The notes below the pieces were generated by a model. It saw nothing but the letters and a program-made list of their open reading frames with translations. It made no database searches and was not told where the DNA came from. Below are positions 46,742 to 56,655 of a DNA stretch of 64,000 nucleotides, one piece after another. The translations under genes were made by a program, and so were the position numbers. Source of the DNA: an uncultured Bacilli bacterium (lineage in GTDB: Bacteria; Bacillota_I; Bacilli_A; RF39; UBA660). The DNA is taken from the NCBI GenBank assembly GCA_949425635.1, contig CASPWD010000005.1, positions 28,552-92,551 on the forward strand. The letters are read 5' to 3'. Numbering within the stretch: the first letter of the stretch is position 1; each line of letters opens with the position of its first letter.

Positions 46742-47533
46742 CTAACGATTTTGTTTCATCCATTGTTTTAATTCTTCAAGCATTATTTTAGAATCAGTTT
46801 CTGTTGAAAAAATTGAAATATTGCCATAATTATCCTTATCAAAATAAACCTTTATTTCATGTGGATTTATTGTAATTGTATAGTTATCATCAAATAATAA
46901 ATCTATGGTATAACTTCCTTCTTTTTTACTATCAGAATATAAAATTATTTTCTTTAAAAAAACCTCATTTAAATTGTTAGATAAATTTATGGGAAGTATA
47001 ACATCTTCTTTATTATCAGTGAAGTCTACAATAAATTCATCTATTTCTAGAAATTTATTAATATCATTTTTTACTTCATCATATTTCCACATAATACTTT
47101 GAATGTCATTGTCACTAATCCCCAAACTTGACTTGTAAGTTAATTTGGCGTCAAACAAGAACCTTTTGTCCAGATTAACTCTATAATAATAAATATTACA
47201 GCCAGATACTGTTTCGGCAAAAAGACATCCATCTAATGGTATGATGCACTTCCCTGTACATTTTGCACGACCTTGGTATTTCAATTCAACATTGCTAGAA
47301 TTTAATGAGTTTTTTATATAACTTTCTATTTTATACTTGGGTGATGATTTAATAAGCACACATATTAAAACCATGAATACTATCAAAAGTATTATTACAA
47401 CACCGAAGTTACCCTTTGAGTGTTGTTTATTTTTTATTAAAGCAAAATCTTTAACATTAGACACTCCACAATCTGAACATTTCAATTCGTTTTTGTCTAA
47501 TTTTTTGCCACAATTTGTACAATAATTATTCAT
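46742..47533 (-). CDS. Zinc-ribbon / single-pass membrane protein
   Basis: I place the start at MNNYCTNCGKKLDKNELKCSDCG (CxxC...CxxC) behind a GGTGG RBS. One TM segment, then an extracytoplasmic domain. Confidence 0.5.
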   Translation of the reverse strand: MNNYCTNCGKKLDKNELKCSDCGVSNVKDFALIKNKQHSKGNFGVVIILLIVFMVLICVLIKSSPKYKIESYIKNSLNSSNVELKYQGRAKCTGKCIIPLDGCLFAETVSGCNIYYYRVNLDKRFLFDAKLTYKSSLGISDNDIQSIMWKYDEVKNDINKFLEIDEFIVDFTDNKEDVILPINLSNNLNEVFLKKIILYSDSKKEGSYTIDLLFDDNYTITINPHEIKVYFDKDNYGNISIFSTETDSKIMLEELKQWMKQNR

Positions 47534-47911
47534 ATTACCACCATCTATTACACATGTCATTCAAGTGTTATACTAATAAGAAATAGTTAAAAGCTAATTA
47601 TAATATTTGGTTAAATTTAACATAATAATTGATATAAAAAAACTTGTGCAGCATTTTTATGACTTAACTAATATTAAATGTAAAAATTTTACACTATGTA
47701 AAATAAACTATTTCAACAATTTCACTTTCTAATAAACGATTTTATAGTTGTTTTTATTTTTTAGCAAATATTTTCGCTAATAGATTATAAAATTACACCT
47801 CAATACATTTGTTAAATTATATCATTTTTTACAAACAAATACTATATGACTCGATTATGAACATCTAAAATTATTAAATCATATTTGATATAATATTATA
47901 GAGGTGTAAAT

Positions 47912-48550
47912 ATGGAATATAATTACTGGAATGATGAATACTGGAAAAATAACTTGGCTAATCACAAAGGTGAAAAATTAGACTTTTTAAGTGATATATG
48001 GCTTAATAAATATACTGAAATATTTAAAAAAGTTAAATTTGGCAAAGCTTTAGATTTAGGATGTGGTCTTGGACAATATACAAGTTTCTTATTAGATAAA
48101 GGTTTTGATACTATTTCAGCTGATATATCTAAAGATGTTTTAAAGAAAGTAAAAGAAAATAATCCTAATACAGAAACTATTATGTTGGATATGAGCAAAT
48201 CTTTGCCGTTTCAAGATAAACAATTTGACTTAGTTTTTGCTAATCTTTCAATCCATTATTTTGATAAAGAAACAACTGAGAAGTTATTGGAAGAAATCAG
48301 AAGGATTTTAAAAGATGATGGATATTTTATAGGGTCTGTTAATTCTTCAAAAACTTATAAATTTATAGAAGATATAGCTATTGAACTAGAACCTAATTAT
48401 TATAAAGAAAACGGAAGAACTGTAAGATTGTGGGATAAAGAACAATTTGATTACTTCTTTAAAAATTTTAAGATAGATGTTTTAGAAGAAGTAGAAACTG
48501 AAAGATGGAATCTTATTAAAATAATGTGGGAATTTATTGTACATAAATAA
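47912..48550 (+). CDS. Class I SAM-dependent methyltransferase
   Basis: Motif I 'ALDLGCGLGQY' and 'DLVFANLSIHY'. Confidence 0.75.
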   Translation: MEYNYWNDEYWKNNLANHKGEKLDFLSDIWLNKYTEIFKKVKFGKALDLGCGLGQYTSFLLDKGFDTISADISKDVLKKVKENNPNTETIMLDMSKSLPFQDKQFDLVFANLSIHYFDKETTEKLLEEIRRILKDDGYFIGSVNSSKTYKFIEDIAIELEPNYYKENGRTVRLWDKEQFDYFFKNFKIDVLEEVETERWNLIKIMWEFIVHK

Positions 48551-48571
48551 AAGGTAAACTTAAGTATAAGC

Positions 48572-48886
48572 TTACCTTTTTGTGTTATTTAATTCACTAT
48601 AGTAGATTATTTCTTTACCTAATTGTTTGGCAAATTCTATTTCACTCTTTGTTGATGATCCAATATATCCGCCAACATCTACAACAAGAATAGCATCCGA
48701 TAATTTAATTTTTTCTTTATGCATTTCATCTAACATTATTGCTTCTTCTTCAGTGTAAGCATCTTTATCAGGATTTGTTGGATATATTACGCTTAACATA
48801 CAATTTCCTTGAATTTCCATTTCTTCTGTTATCCTCATTATTTCATCTTTAAACTTAAGACTTCCACATACTGTTATTATCTTCAT
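48572..48886 (-). CDS. Small Rossmann-like protein, nucleoside 2-deoxyribosyltransferase-like superfamily (putative)
   Basis: 'MKIITVCGSLKFKDEI...SDAILVVDVGGYIGSSTKSEIEFAKQLGKEI'. Distant paralog of 20145-20540. Confidence 0.35.
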   Translation of the reverse strand: MKIITVCGSLKFKDEIMRITEEMEIQGNCMLSVIYPTNPDKDAYTEEEAIMLDEMHKEKIKLSDAILVVDVGGYIGSSTKSEIEFAKQLGKEIIYYSELNNTKR

Positions 48887-48938
48887 TTTTATTTCTCCTT
48901 TTCCTTATAATAACATAAGATATAAAAATTGGTATTCT

Positions 48939-49958
48939 CTATTCATCAAAATAACTACATATGTTTATTCTCGTTTCATTTTCATGGTTATTAACTAAGT
49001 AGTAATTGTTTCCATTATCGAATATAGATTCATCTATTTTAGATTTAAATTTTATTAAGTAAAATAGTCCTCCTTTAGGTTCTGTTATAGAGATTATTTC
49101 TTTTCTATATTGTTCTTTTAAGTTAATTAGAGATTTAGTTAAACATTCTTGATACTTAGGAATTCTTTTTGATATAGTCTCTTCTAGGTTATAGTTGTTT
49201 AAATAATCAAGGATTACATATTGATTAAATGCTGATGTACATAGATCATAACTTTTTTTATATTGATATAATTTACTAATGATACTATTATTAGCAAAGA
49301 TGTATCCAACATTAATAGATGGACTGATGTATTTCGAGAATGTTCCTAAATATATAATATTTTTTCCTTTATTTAATTCATATAAAGTTGGATATTTTTT
49401 ATTAGTAAAATTTATTAAATGATAAGGGTCATCTTCAATAACTAAAATATTATATTTGTTTATTAGTTTTAAGAATCCTACTCTACTCTTTTTACTCCAT
49501 GAATATCCTGTTGGATTATGAAATGTAGGTACGACATAAATTAATTTAGGATTATACTTTATTATTTTTTCTTCTAATTCTTTTAGATTAAAGCCCTCTT
49601 TTGATAGATTGATTCCTATTTTATTAAAACTTTTATTTTTTAAAATATCTAAAGTTCCATAATATGTTGGTTGTTCAATTAGAATAGTATCATTGTTTTT
49701 TAATATACTATCAAATACGAGATTTATAGATTGTTGTGAACAAGAGGTTATAATTGTCTCTTCAGGATTAGGATGAAAACACCAGTATTTTGTCATTACT
49801 TCAATTATCTTCTGTCTTAGTTCTTTCAATCCTTTAGGGGTAAGATAAGTATTATAGTTAATGTTACTTTCTATGATAGTAGATATACTCTTTTTTAAAT
49901 TGTCAGAATCAAGAATATTATAAGTACCAAGAGATTTGTTCTTTACTTTTTCTGACAT
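48939..49958 (-). CDS. PLP-dependent aminotransferase (class I/II fold), short form
   Basis: 'PTFHNPTG', 'VIEDDPY' and 'GTFSKYISPSINVGY' (the PLP Lys motif). Confidence 0.65.
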   Translation of the reverse strand: MSEKVKNKSLGTYNILDSDNLKKSISTIIESNINYNTYLTPKGLKELRQKIIEVMTKYWCFHPNPEETIITSCSQQSINLVFDSILKNNDTILIEQPTYYGTLDILKNKSFNKIGINLSKEGFNLKELEEKIIKYNPKLIYVVPTFHNPTGYSWSKKSRVGFLKLINKYNILVIEDDPYHLINFTNKKYPTLYELNKGKNIIYLGTFSKYISPSINVGYIFANNSIISKLYQYKKSYDLCTSAFNQYVILDYLNNYNLEETISKRIPKYQECLTKSLINLKEQYRKEIISITEPKGGLFYLIKFKSKIDESIFDNGNNYYLVNNHENETRINICSYFDE

Positions 49959-50578
49959 ACGTATAAAGCGCTCTTTCCATCATCATAAATAGTAATATTA
50001 AAATAAGGGGAAAGTATTCTTCTAAAATCTTCTTCACTAATAAATGCAAACTCTGTAAAATGAGGTTTAAATTTTTCTCTTATTTGAATATGTTCAACCA
50101 TATTATCAACAAGATAAGATATTTCTAAATATTGTATATCATCGATTCTATATTCTTGAATCATTGGAATTGCTGAAGGCTTCTTTGAGAAAGTATTAAA
50201 AATGAAAAGACCATCTTTATTTAGTAGTTTACTAAATTTTTCGATGTTTGTGTCTAGTAGCCAGTAGTTAACAGCTTGTTCACAGAATATTTTGTCATAC
50301 TTATTAACAGAAGTGTTTACAAAATCTTGAATAGATGTGTTGTAAACTATTATTCCTTTTTCTTTTAAATATTCTGGTATCATATCTCTTTCTTGATCTA
50401 GATATGAAACATTATCAACAAGTGTCTTTAGTTTTAGGGTAAGACGACCATTGCCACCACAAACATCTAAAACTTTATCTGATTTTTTGAGTGATGCTTT
50501 CTCTATAAGATAGTCTACTCCTTTCGTAAAGTATCTTTTGTACATTTTTTCGTATTCAGTATATTTTGGATATTTCAT
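49943..50578 (-). CDS. Class I SAM-dependent methyltransferase
   Basis: Motif I 'VLDVCGGNGRL'. Confidence 0.7.
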   Translation of the reverse strand: MKYPKYTEYEKMYKRYFTKGVDYLIEKASLKKSDKVLDVCGGNGRLTLKLKTLVDNVSYLDQERDMIPEYLKEKGIIVYNTSIQDFVNTSVNKYDKIFCEQAVNYWLLDTNIEKFSKLLNKDGLFIFNTFSKKPSAIPMIQEYRIDDIQYLEISYLVDNMVEHIQIREKFKPHFTEFAFISEEDFRRILSPYFNITIYDDGKSALYVCQKK

Positions 50579-50595
50579 ATTGTTTCCTTCTTTCT

Positions 50596-51279
50596 TTATA
50601 GTAAGTTATAATCTTTATCATATAAGTAAATCACACCATGGGACTTTATATTAAAGGAAGTCTTGTTTGGTCTTATGGAATCTCTAGTGGTACCCGGAAA
50701 AGCATATTCATAATTTGGTAATTTTTCATCATAATAATGGTTTATATGGACTATAGCTTTAACTTGTGGATTTTTAAAAAGATAATCAAGTAAAGGAGCA
50801 TTCAAAGTTGCCTTTTTATCAACTACCTTGATAGTATGATTATCATGATTGACATTATTTACAATTGTATATTCCAAGAAATTCTCTTTACCACGAATAG
50901 TGGTAATAAAATTATTATCTTTAGTACGAATAGCAACACTACCAAATAGATATTTATCGCCATAGATATTTTTAGACATTAGTGGTTTATATTGTTCTAA
51001 ATATTTAAAATATAAATTTAAATCTTCCTTATTATATAAATCTTCTTTGTGAGTATTATTTTTTATACTTGTTTTATAGTATGTATCTTTATTAGCTAAT
51101 TCAACAAAAGTTTGTTCATTATCAATTTCAAAAATACTCTTTTCTTTAGTTAAACAGTACATTTTGTTTTGACATTCAATAATTAAAAATTGATATTTAT
51201 TCTTAAGTAAATCTTTATATAGATTATCAATTGTTGGATTGCTTAATTTTTTAGTGTTAATATGTTGATAATTAATCAT
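50596..51279 (-). CDS. Hypothetical protein (possible class II aldolase/adducin-like fold)
   Basis: 'FGSVAIRTKDNNFITTIRGK' weakly resembles the 'GN.S.R......ITPSG' motif. Very tentative. Confidence 0.25.
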   Translation of the reverse strand: MINYQHINTKKLSNPTIDNLYKDLLKNKYQFLIIECQNKMYCLTKEKSIFEIDNEQTFVELANKDTYYKTSIKNNTHKEDLYNKEDLNLYFKYLEQYKPLMSKNIYGDKYLFGSVAIRTKDNNFITTIRGKENFLEYTIVNNVNHDNHTIKVVDKKATLNAPLLDYLFKNPQVKAIVHINHYYDEKLPNYEYAFPGTTRDSIRPNKTSFNIKSHGVIYLYDKDYNLL

Positions 51280-52012
51280 TTGTAAACATCTCACTTACTA
51301 GTTTTGCTGCAATATCTTCTTTATTCTGAGCTTCTATATAAGTATTATCTTTCTTAATAATGAAAGCTTTATGGTGACCTATTCTTATATTACTTAAATC
51401 ATTAGCAACCACTAAATCACAGTTATTTTTATCACGAAGTTTAGTGGCGACATTAATTAGTTCTTTCTCACTTACATTATCTAGTAATTTGAAACCAACA
51501 AGATAAGTTTGAGGACTAAGATTCTTTATTAAAGATATTATTTTAGGCGTTCTTTTTAATTTAATAATAAGATTATCTTCATAAGAAGATATTTTGTTTT
51601 CTGTAAAAATATCTTCGTTTGTACAAATTAAATTGCAGACATCTTGATTTATATTATCATTTATCCTTTTAGCAAGTTTTTCTGCTGTTGTTACAAAGTC
51701 TACTGTATAATCTGAGACTGCCATAGAATGAATGAAATAATTTATATCTTCTTTTTGAAGCAATTCTTCAATTGTATTTTTCAGTTCTGCAGTATCAGCT
51801 ATTTCAATTATTTCTATTTTATTATTTGGATTTGGTTTTACTGAGTTTTTAGAACATACATAATAGATTTTTTCAATTTGGTCCTCTTTTTTCTCTAGTA
51901 TTTTACTAGTAATGGTACATCCTAATTTTCCTGAACTACTATTGGTGATTTTTCTAACATTATCAATTTTTTCACTAGTTCCTCCAGATGTTATAATTAT
52001 TTTCTTTTTCAT
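51272..52012 (-). CDS. coaB: Phosphopantothenate--cysteine ligase (stand-alone CoaB)
   Basis: 'IIITSGGTSEKIDNVRKITNSSSGKLG' matches the CoaB signature 'ITAGGT.E.ID.VR.I.N.SSGK.G'. Confidence 0.85.
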   Translation of the reverse strand: MKKKIIITSGGTSEKIDNVRKITNSSSGKLGCTITSKILEKKEDQIEKIYYVCSKNSVKPNPNNKIEIIEIADTAELKNTIEELLQKEDINYFIHSMAVSDYTVDFVTTAEKLAKRINDNINQDVCNLICTNEDIFTENKISSYEDNLIIKLKRTPKIISLIKNLSPQTYLVGFKLLDNVSEKELINVATKLRDKNNCDLVVANDLSNIRIGHHKAFIIKKDNTYIEAQNKEDIAAKLVSEMFTND

Positions 52013-52563
52013 TATTCTTCTCCTTCTAAAAGTTCTTTTATTTTATTAATTATTGTTTCCTTTTTAGCTAATTTACCTACTGCTTGATATCCACAAGCAA
52101 GATTTCCTACTATAGGTTCAACAAACTGATATCCATATTCTCTTAACTTTTGAATATTTGCTTGAACAATTTTATTATTGTACATTTCATTATTCATAGC
52201 TGGAGCAAAAATTACTGGTGAAGGTGTGGCCATTAAAGTAGTTGATAGCATATCATCAGCAATACCACTTGCAACCTTACCAAGTATATTTGCTGTAGCT
52301 GGGGCAACTAGGACAAGATCCGCTTTTCTTGCTAAACTTATGTGTTCTACTTCAACATGTTCCTTTTTCTCGAACATATCTGTTACTACCTTATTCTTAG
52401 AAAGTGTCTCTAAAGTTAGTGGCGCTATAAATTCGCAAGCATTTTTAGTCATTATACATTCAACATTAGCCCCTTCTTTGGTAAGATAAGAAATAAGTTC
52501 ACATACTTTATAGCAAGCTATTCCTCCTGTTATACCTATTAAGATATTTTTCTCTTTTAACAT
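52012..52563 (-). CDS. coaC: Phosphopantothenoylcysteine decarboxylase flavoprotein (stand-alone CoaC)
   Basis: 'ILIGITGGIACYK' and 'APAMNNEMY'. I place the start at MLKEKNIL behind an AAGGA RBS. Confidence 0.8.
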   Translation of the reverse strand: MLKEKNILIGITGGIACYKVCELISYLTKEGANVECIMTKNACEFIAPLTLETLSKNKVVTDMFEKKEHVEVEHISLARKADLVLVAPATANILGKVASGIADDMLSTTLMATPSPVIFAPAMNNEMYNNKIVQANIQKLREYGYQFVEPIVGNLACGYQAVGKLAKKETIINKIKELLEGEE

Positions 52564-52653
52564 AAATATTCCTTCTTTCACTTATAATTTTATGATTTGC
52601 TTGTTGATAAGTAAAATATATAAATGTTATAATGTTGATAAGGAGTACTTATT

Positions 52654-53526
52654 ATGAATATAGATTTAGAATTATATAGAGTTTTTTATGTTGTTGCTAA
52701 ACATAAGCACATGACAAAAGCTAGTAAAGAACTACATATATCACAGCCTGCTATTTCACAGTCAATAAAAAAATTAGAAGAACAACTAGATGGAACTTTA
52801 TTTTTAAGAAGTAATAAAGGAATGGAATTAACTGAAGAAGGTAGAATGTTTTATGAATATGTTAAAGGTGCTTTGGAGTTAATTAATAACGCTGAAAAAG
52901 AATTCACTTCATTTAAAGATTTATCTAAAGGAGATATAAAAATAGGATGTTCAGCTACTTTAACAAAATTAGTTCTTATGGATGTTTTAAAAGATTTTCA
53001 TAAAGAATATCCTAATATAAATATTCAGATTACTAATGATTTGACAAGTAATTTAATTAATGATTTAAAATTAGGTAAATTAGATTTTGTTATATTTAAT
53101 GAAAGCAATGTAAAAGAAAAGAACGTTGATTTAAAGAAAATTAAAGAACTAAAACAAGGTTTTGTATACAATTCTGACTATTTTAATGATGATATTTGTG
53201 ATTTTATGGATTTAAATAATTATCCATTAATTTTACAAAAGGTAGAATCAAATAGTAGAAAGTTACTTGATTATATAGCTTTAAATAATAATGTAAAATT
53301 AATCCCTAAAATGGAAGTTGTTAGTCAAGATTTAATTACAGAGTTTGTTAATATTGGACTTGGAATTGGATTTGTTATAGTTGATTTAGCTAAAAGAAAT
53401 TTTAGTAATTTAAAAGAATTACGTATTAATGATAGAATCCCTAATATAAAGGTATTTTTAGCAACAAATAAGTCAGTGTTACCAACACATGCTAGTAAGA
53501 TGTTTATAGATTTCTTATCCAAATAA
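52654..53526 (+). CDS. LysR-family transcriptional regulator
   Basis: HTH 'MTKASKELHISQPAISQSIKKLEEQL'. Divergent from the coaC operon. Confidence 0.85.
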   Translation: MNIDLELYRVFYVVAKHKHMTKASKELHISQPAISQSIKKLEEQLDGTLFLRSNKGMELTEEGRMFYEYVKGALELINNAEKEFTSFKDLSKGDIKIGCSATLTKLVLMDVLKDFHKEYPNINIQITNDLTSNLINDLKLGKLDFVIFNESNVKEKNVDLKKIKELKQGFVYNSDYFNDDICDFMDLNNYPLILQKVESNSRKLLDYIALNNNVKLIPKMEVVSQDLITEFVNIGLGIGFVIVDLAKRNFSNLKELRINDRIPNIKVFLATNKSVLPTHASKMFIDFLSK

Positions 53527-53549
53527 AAAAGGATAGCTTTTAGCTTCCT

Positions 53550-53987
53550 TTACAAAAATCGTTTTAACTTTTCAACAGCTTCTTCTTGCATATCAACAAA
53601 TTCTTGAACTAACTTATTTACTTGCTCGTCTGTATCATTGTTATTTAATAATTTTCTTCCTTCTATAATTCCCATATTAGTTCCTTGTAATAATAACTCT
53701 GCTATTTTAGAATTACTATCATCCATTAAAGTTTTCATTTCAACACTATACCATGTCATTGCTTTATTCATTGCATTTGTTTCATGAGGCTCTCCAGTAC
53801 TATATTCAGGATATAACTCACAAATTTTATCAGATAAAGATTTATAATTATTATATTGTTTATCTAATTCTTCTTTTAAACTATCGTCTTTTACTTTGTC
53901 TAGTACGTAGTGAATGGCGTCCCTTCCCATACAAGCACCTTTATTTAGTTCATCTAAAACATTTACTTCAATTTTCTCTTCATTCAT
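53550..53987 (-). CDS. Helical-bundle hypothetical protein
   Basis: 145 aa, predicted all-helical. No catalytic motif. Confidence 0.3.
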   Translation of the reverse strand: MNEEKIEVNVLDELNKGACMGRDAIHYVLDKVKDDSLKEELDKQYNNYKSLSDKICELYPEYSTGEPHETNAMNKAMTWYSVEMKTLMDDSNSKIAELLLQGTNMGIIEGRKLLNNNDTDEQVNKLVQEFVDMQEEAVEKLKRFL

Positions 53988-54030
53988 AAAAAAATCCTCC
54001 TATATTTATTTTGGGAAGATTTTTTTTATT

Positions 54031-54615
54031 TTATGCAATATTTTTAGATTCTATTAGCTCTTTAATTTTCTTAGCTACTTTGCCGAAAAATGGGTTTTTA
54101 GAAAGTTCATCAAAACTTATCCAATTGTAATCTCCTGATTCAGACGAATCAACTTTAATATCTGTAATTTCATCTATTGTAAATAAATATCTAAAATCAA
54201 AATGATAATGTGATGGTAAGTCTAGTCTTTCATTATAAGGAATTTTATGAGTATCAATATCAAAAGGGACTAAAGTGTCTTCTGTAATTTTTAATAGTTT
54301 GAAGTTACTAAGACTTGTTTCCTCCTTAACTTCTCTAATTGCAGTTACTAATGGGTTTTCATCTGTAGGATCAATATGTCCTCCTGGATATAAATACTTT
54401 TTCATATCTTTGTGATAAATCATTAAAAATTTTTGCTCTTTTATTGAATATATAAAACCACTTGCACAAATGTGTCCATCAAAATTATTCCAATCAGTTA
54501 ACTCTTTACTAGTATGTTTTGTCAAATTACTTAATAGAATTTCTAATCTAGATTGCTCATTTGGAAATAGTTCTAAGTATTTATTAACAGCATTCATTAT
54601 AATTTCTTTTTCCAC
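54031..54615 (-). CDS. Nudix hydrolase
   Basis: Nudix box 'PGGHIDPTDENPLVTAIREVKEETSL'. Confidence 0.75.
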   Translation of the reverse strand: MEKEIIMNAVNKYLELFPNEQSRLEILLSNLTKHTSKELTDWNNFDGHICASGFIYSIKEQKFLMIYHKDMKKYLYPGGHIDPTDENPLVTAIREVKEETSLSNFKLLKITEDTLVPFDIDTHKIPYNERLDLPSHYHFDFRYLFTIDEITDIKVDSSESGDYNWISFDELSKNPFFGKVAKKIKELIESKNIA

Positions 54616-54618
54616 TTT

Positions 54619-55122
54619 TTAATCACCTTTAGTATTTTTATAATTTATATAATGTGGTACATTTTTGTACTCTTCATAATATTTTTCAATACCCATTTCT
54701 TTTATCTTTTGAGTACCATCTAACCACTTTTTAATAGTTGTCTCTTTGAAGTTTGAGTTATTTACTTTTTGGCATGGAAATTCTGGACATTCAGCACAAA
54801 AATCTATATTATGTTCCTTCACACATTCTGGAATAATACAACCTTTAATACTACATCCACTAGACCCACCATTACGGCATCCGCCACATTTAGGATTAGC
54901 AAATTTTTTTAATCGTTTTTGAAATATTCTAAATTCATCTAATCTATCTCTGTACTGGGCTTTTAAATTTTTATCTAAAAACTCTTCGTGACCTTCTAAT
55001 AACTTTAATAGCTCAGTAGCATGTAAACTTATCTCACCATATTTACATCCAGTACATGTACTACAAAACATAGAACAAGGAGCTACTGATTTTAATATCT
55101 TTTCACTTATCCTTTTTTCCAT
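54619..55122 (-). CDS. DUF3795-type Cys-rich protein
   Basis: Multiple Cys clusters: 'CSMFCSTCTGC', 'CGGCRNGGSSGCSIKGC' and 'CAECPEFPC'. Confidence 0.55.
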   Translation of the reverse strand: MEKRISEKILKSVAPCSMFCSTCTGCKYGEISLHATELLKLLEGHEEFLDKNLKAQYRDRLDEFRIFQKRLKKFANPKCGGCRNGGSSGCSIKGCIIPECVKEHNIDFCAECPEFPCQKVNNSNFKETTIKKWLDGTQKIKEMGIEKYYEEYKNVPHYINYKNTKGD

Positions 55123-55154
55123 AACAACCTATCCTTTAAATATTATATCATAAA

Positions 55155-56546
55155 CTATGCAACTAAATCTCTTACTAAACTTTTTTTCTTAGCAATTCTT
55201 TCTTTATTTATTGCTCCTGTACCTAATGATATAATTTCACAATTTGTTTCATATTCTAACCATCTTAAATATTCTTTTACATACTTATTAAAATGAATAT
55301 CATCAATCATACCTTTATAATGATGGAAATCATAATCTAGATGTTGAAAGAAATTAAGATACAATCCATAAGGGTGATTCACTCTACAATTATTTTTTAA
55401 TTTACTTATATCTAAATCAAATACTCTTCTTTCCATCTTTGTAACTGTCGTCTGTTCTGATAAATCATGAATATATTGTTCTCCCTTATCTTCGTAAAAT
55501 CTATCTAATGGTGGTAAGTCTAATAATAAAGATTGATAAGATTTTTCACCTTTACATAATAGTCTCTCTAGTTCACACGCTTGAACAAAAGTAACTAACT
55601 CTGGATGATCTATATAATAAGATGCCTTAGTACCAAATAATTGTTTTAAGTAAACTTCATCAACACTTAACATTAATTCTAATATATAATCTTTATTTTG
55701 AAATGCATCTGTAGCATAAAAATCTAAATCTCCTTTAAACGGATATGTTCTAAGCATTGAAGAAATATTTATCTGTGACCAAGTAAGTTCCTGACCACTA
55801 CCATAAGCCCCTGTATAAATGAGTTCTCCTGCTTTAGTAACATTACTTATTCTAATTGGAAAAGGTCTCATTACCATTATTGTCCCAAGTAAGGCTTCTC
55901 CAGGTATTCCACTATCTGCAAGTAATTGTGTAGTTGAAACATTTCTACTTGTTACATAAGGATAATTGCCACTAAAATTAAGCGACAAATCACATCCTTG
56001 AGCTCCTTCTAATACAACAAACTCTTCACTTCTATTTAAATGACTATGTACTCTGTCTAACCATTCATCGTTGGTACATCGAACCGCATTTTTATAAGTC
56101 TGAAAAAATTCTAAATTAGGATCTCTCATTATTTTTTCCATACTTACAGCACCACAACCTTTGAATGTCGAACCACTTTTTATATGAAGGTGTTCGTATT
56201 CTTTATGTCTATCACAAATTAAAGGCACCATTTCATGAACATATATCTTTCTATCACCTAAATATGGTTTGGCCATTTCATATTCTCTTTTAAATACTTC
56301 CATATCAATTGCAGATCCAGGTCCTATAAATAATTCTGTATTTGGATTAACAATCGATACAGGTATATTTCTAAATACTAAAGATTTTCCATTATGAGAT
56401 ACAAAAGTGTGTCCTGCATTGGGCATACAATTAGTAATGGCAGCTCCAAGATTAATCGTAGAATCAGTAGCTAGTTCACCAACTACTTTGGCTTTTCCAC
56501 AGCTACCAGCTGCACCATCAAGAACGGAAATAACATTTCTAATCAT
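55155..56546 (-). CDS. Divergent adenylosuccinate synthetase (PurA)-family protein
   Basis: 'NAGHTF' aligns with PurA 'NAGHT', and 'VLEGAQGCDLSLNFSGNYPYVTSRN' with '[22 protein letters not shown]'. The P-loop 'GDEGKGK' is replaced by 'GAAGSCGKAK'. 463 aa with extra C-terminal sequence. Confidence 0.6.
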   Translation of the reverse strand: MIRNVISVLDGAAGSCGKAKVVGELATDSTINLGAAITNCMPNAGHTFVSHNGKSLVFRNIPVSIVNPNTELFIGPGSAIDMEVFKREYEMAKPYLGDRKIYVHEMVPLICDRHKEYEHLHIKSGSTFKGCGAVSMEKIMRDPNLEFFQTYKNAVRCTNDEWLDRVHSHLNRSEEFVVLEGAQGCDLSLNFSGNYPYVTSRNVSTTQLLADSGIPGEALLGTIMVMRPFPIRISNVTKAGELIYTGAYGSGQELTWSQINISSMLRTYPFKGDLDFYATDAFQNKDYILELMLSVDEVYLKQLFGTKASYYIDHPELVTFVQACELERLLCKGEKSYQSLLLDLPPLDRFYEDKGEQYIHDLSEQTTVTKMERRVFDLDISKLKNNCRVNHPYGLYLNFFQHLDYDFHHYKGMIDDIHFNKYVKEYLRWLEYETNCEIISLGTGAINKERIAKKKSLVRDLVA

Positions 56547-56655
56547 AATGACACCTTCTTTAATTTTACTTTCTATTATAGCAAAAAAGACTACATATGT
56601 AGTCCATAATTTATAATTATTTTATTTAATTTAAAATACCTTACTTAACCTATCT

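Noticed and set aside
55155-56546. Idea that the PurA-like gene is a PurZ (2-aminoadenine/Z-genome) enzyme, with the nearby Nudix and HD genes acting as MazZ/DatZ analogues
   Set aside because: There is no phage context, polymerase or structural genes. The HD gene is in a separate transcription unit on the far side of two other genes. I cannot verify PurZ-specific residues by eye. It is kept only as a remote possibility under the PurA-like finding.
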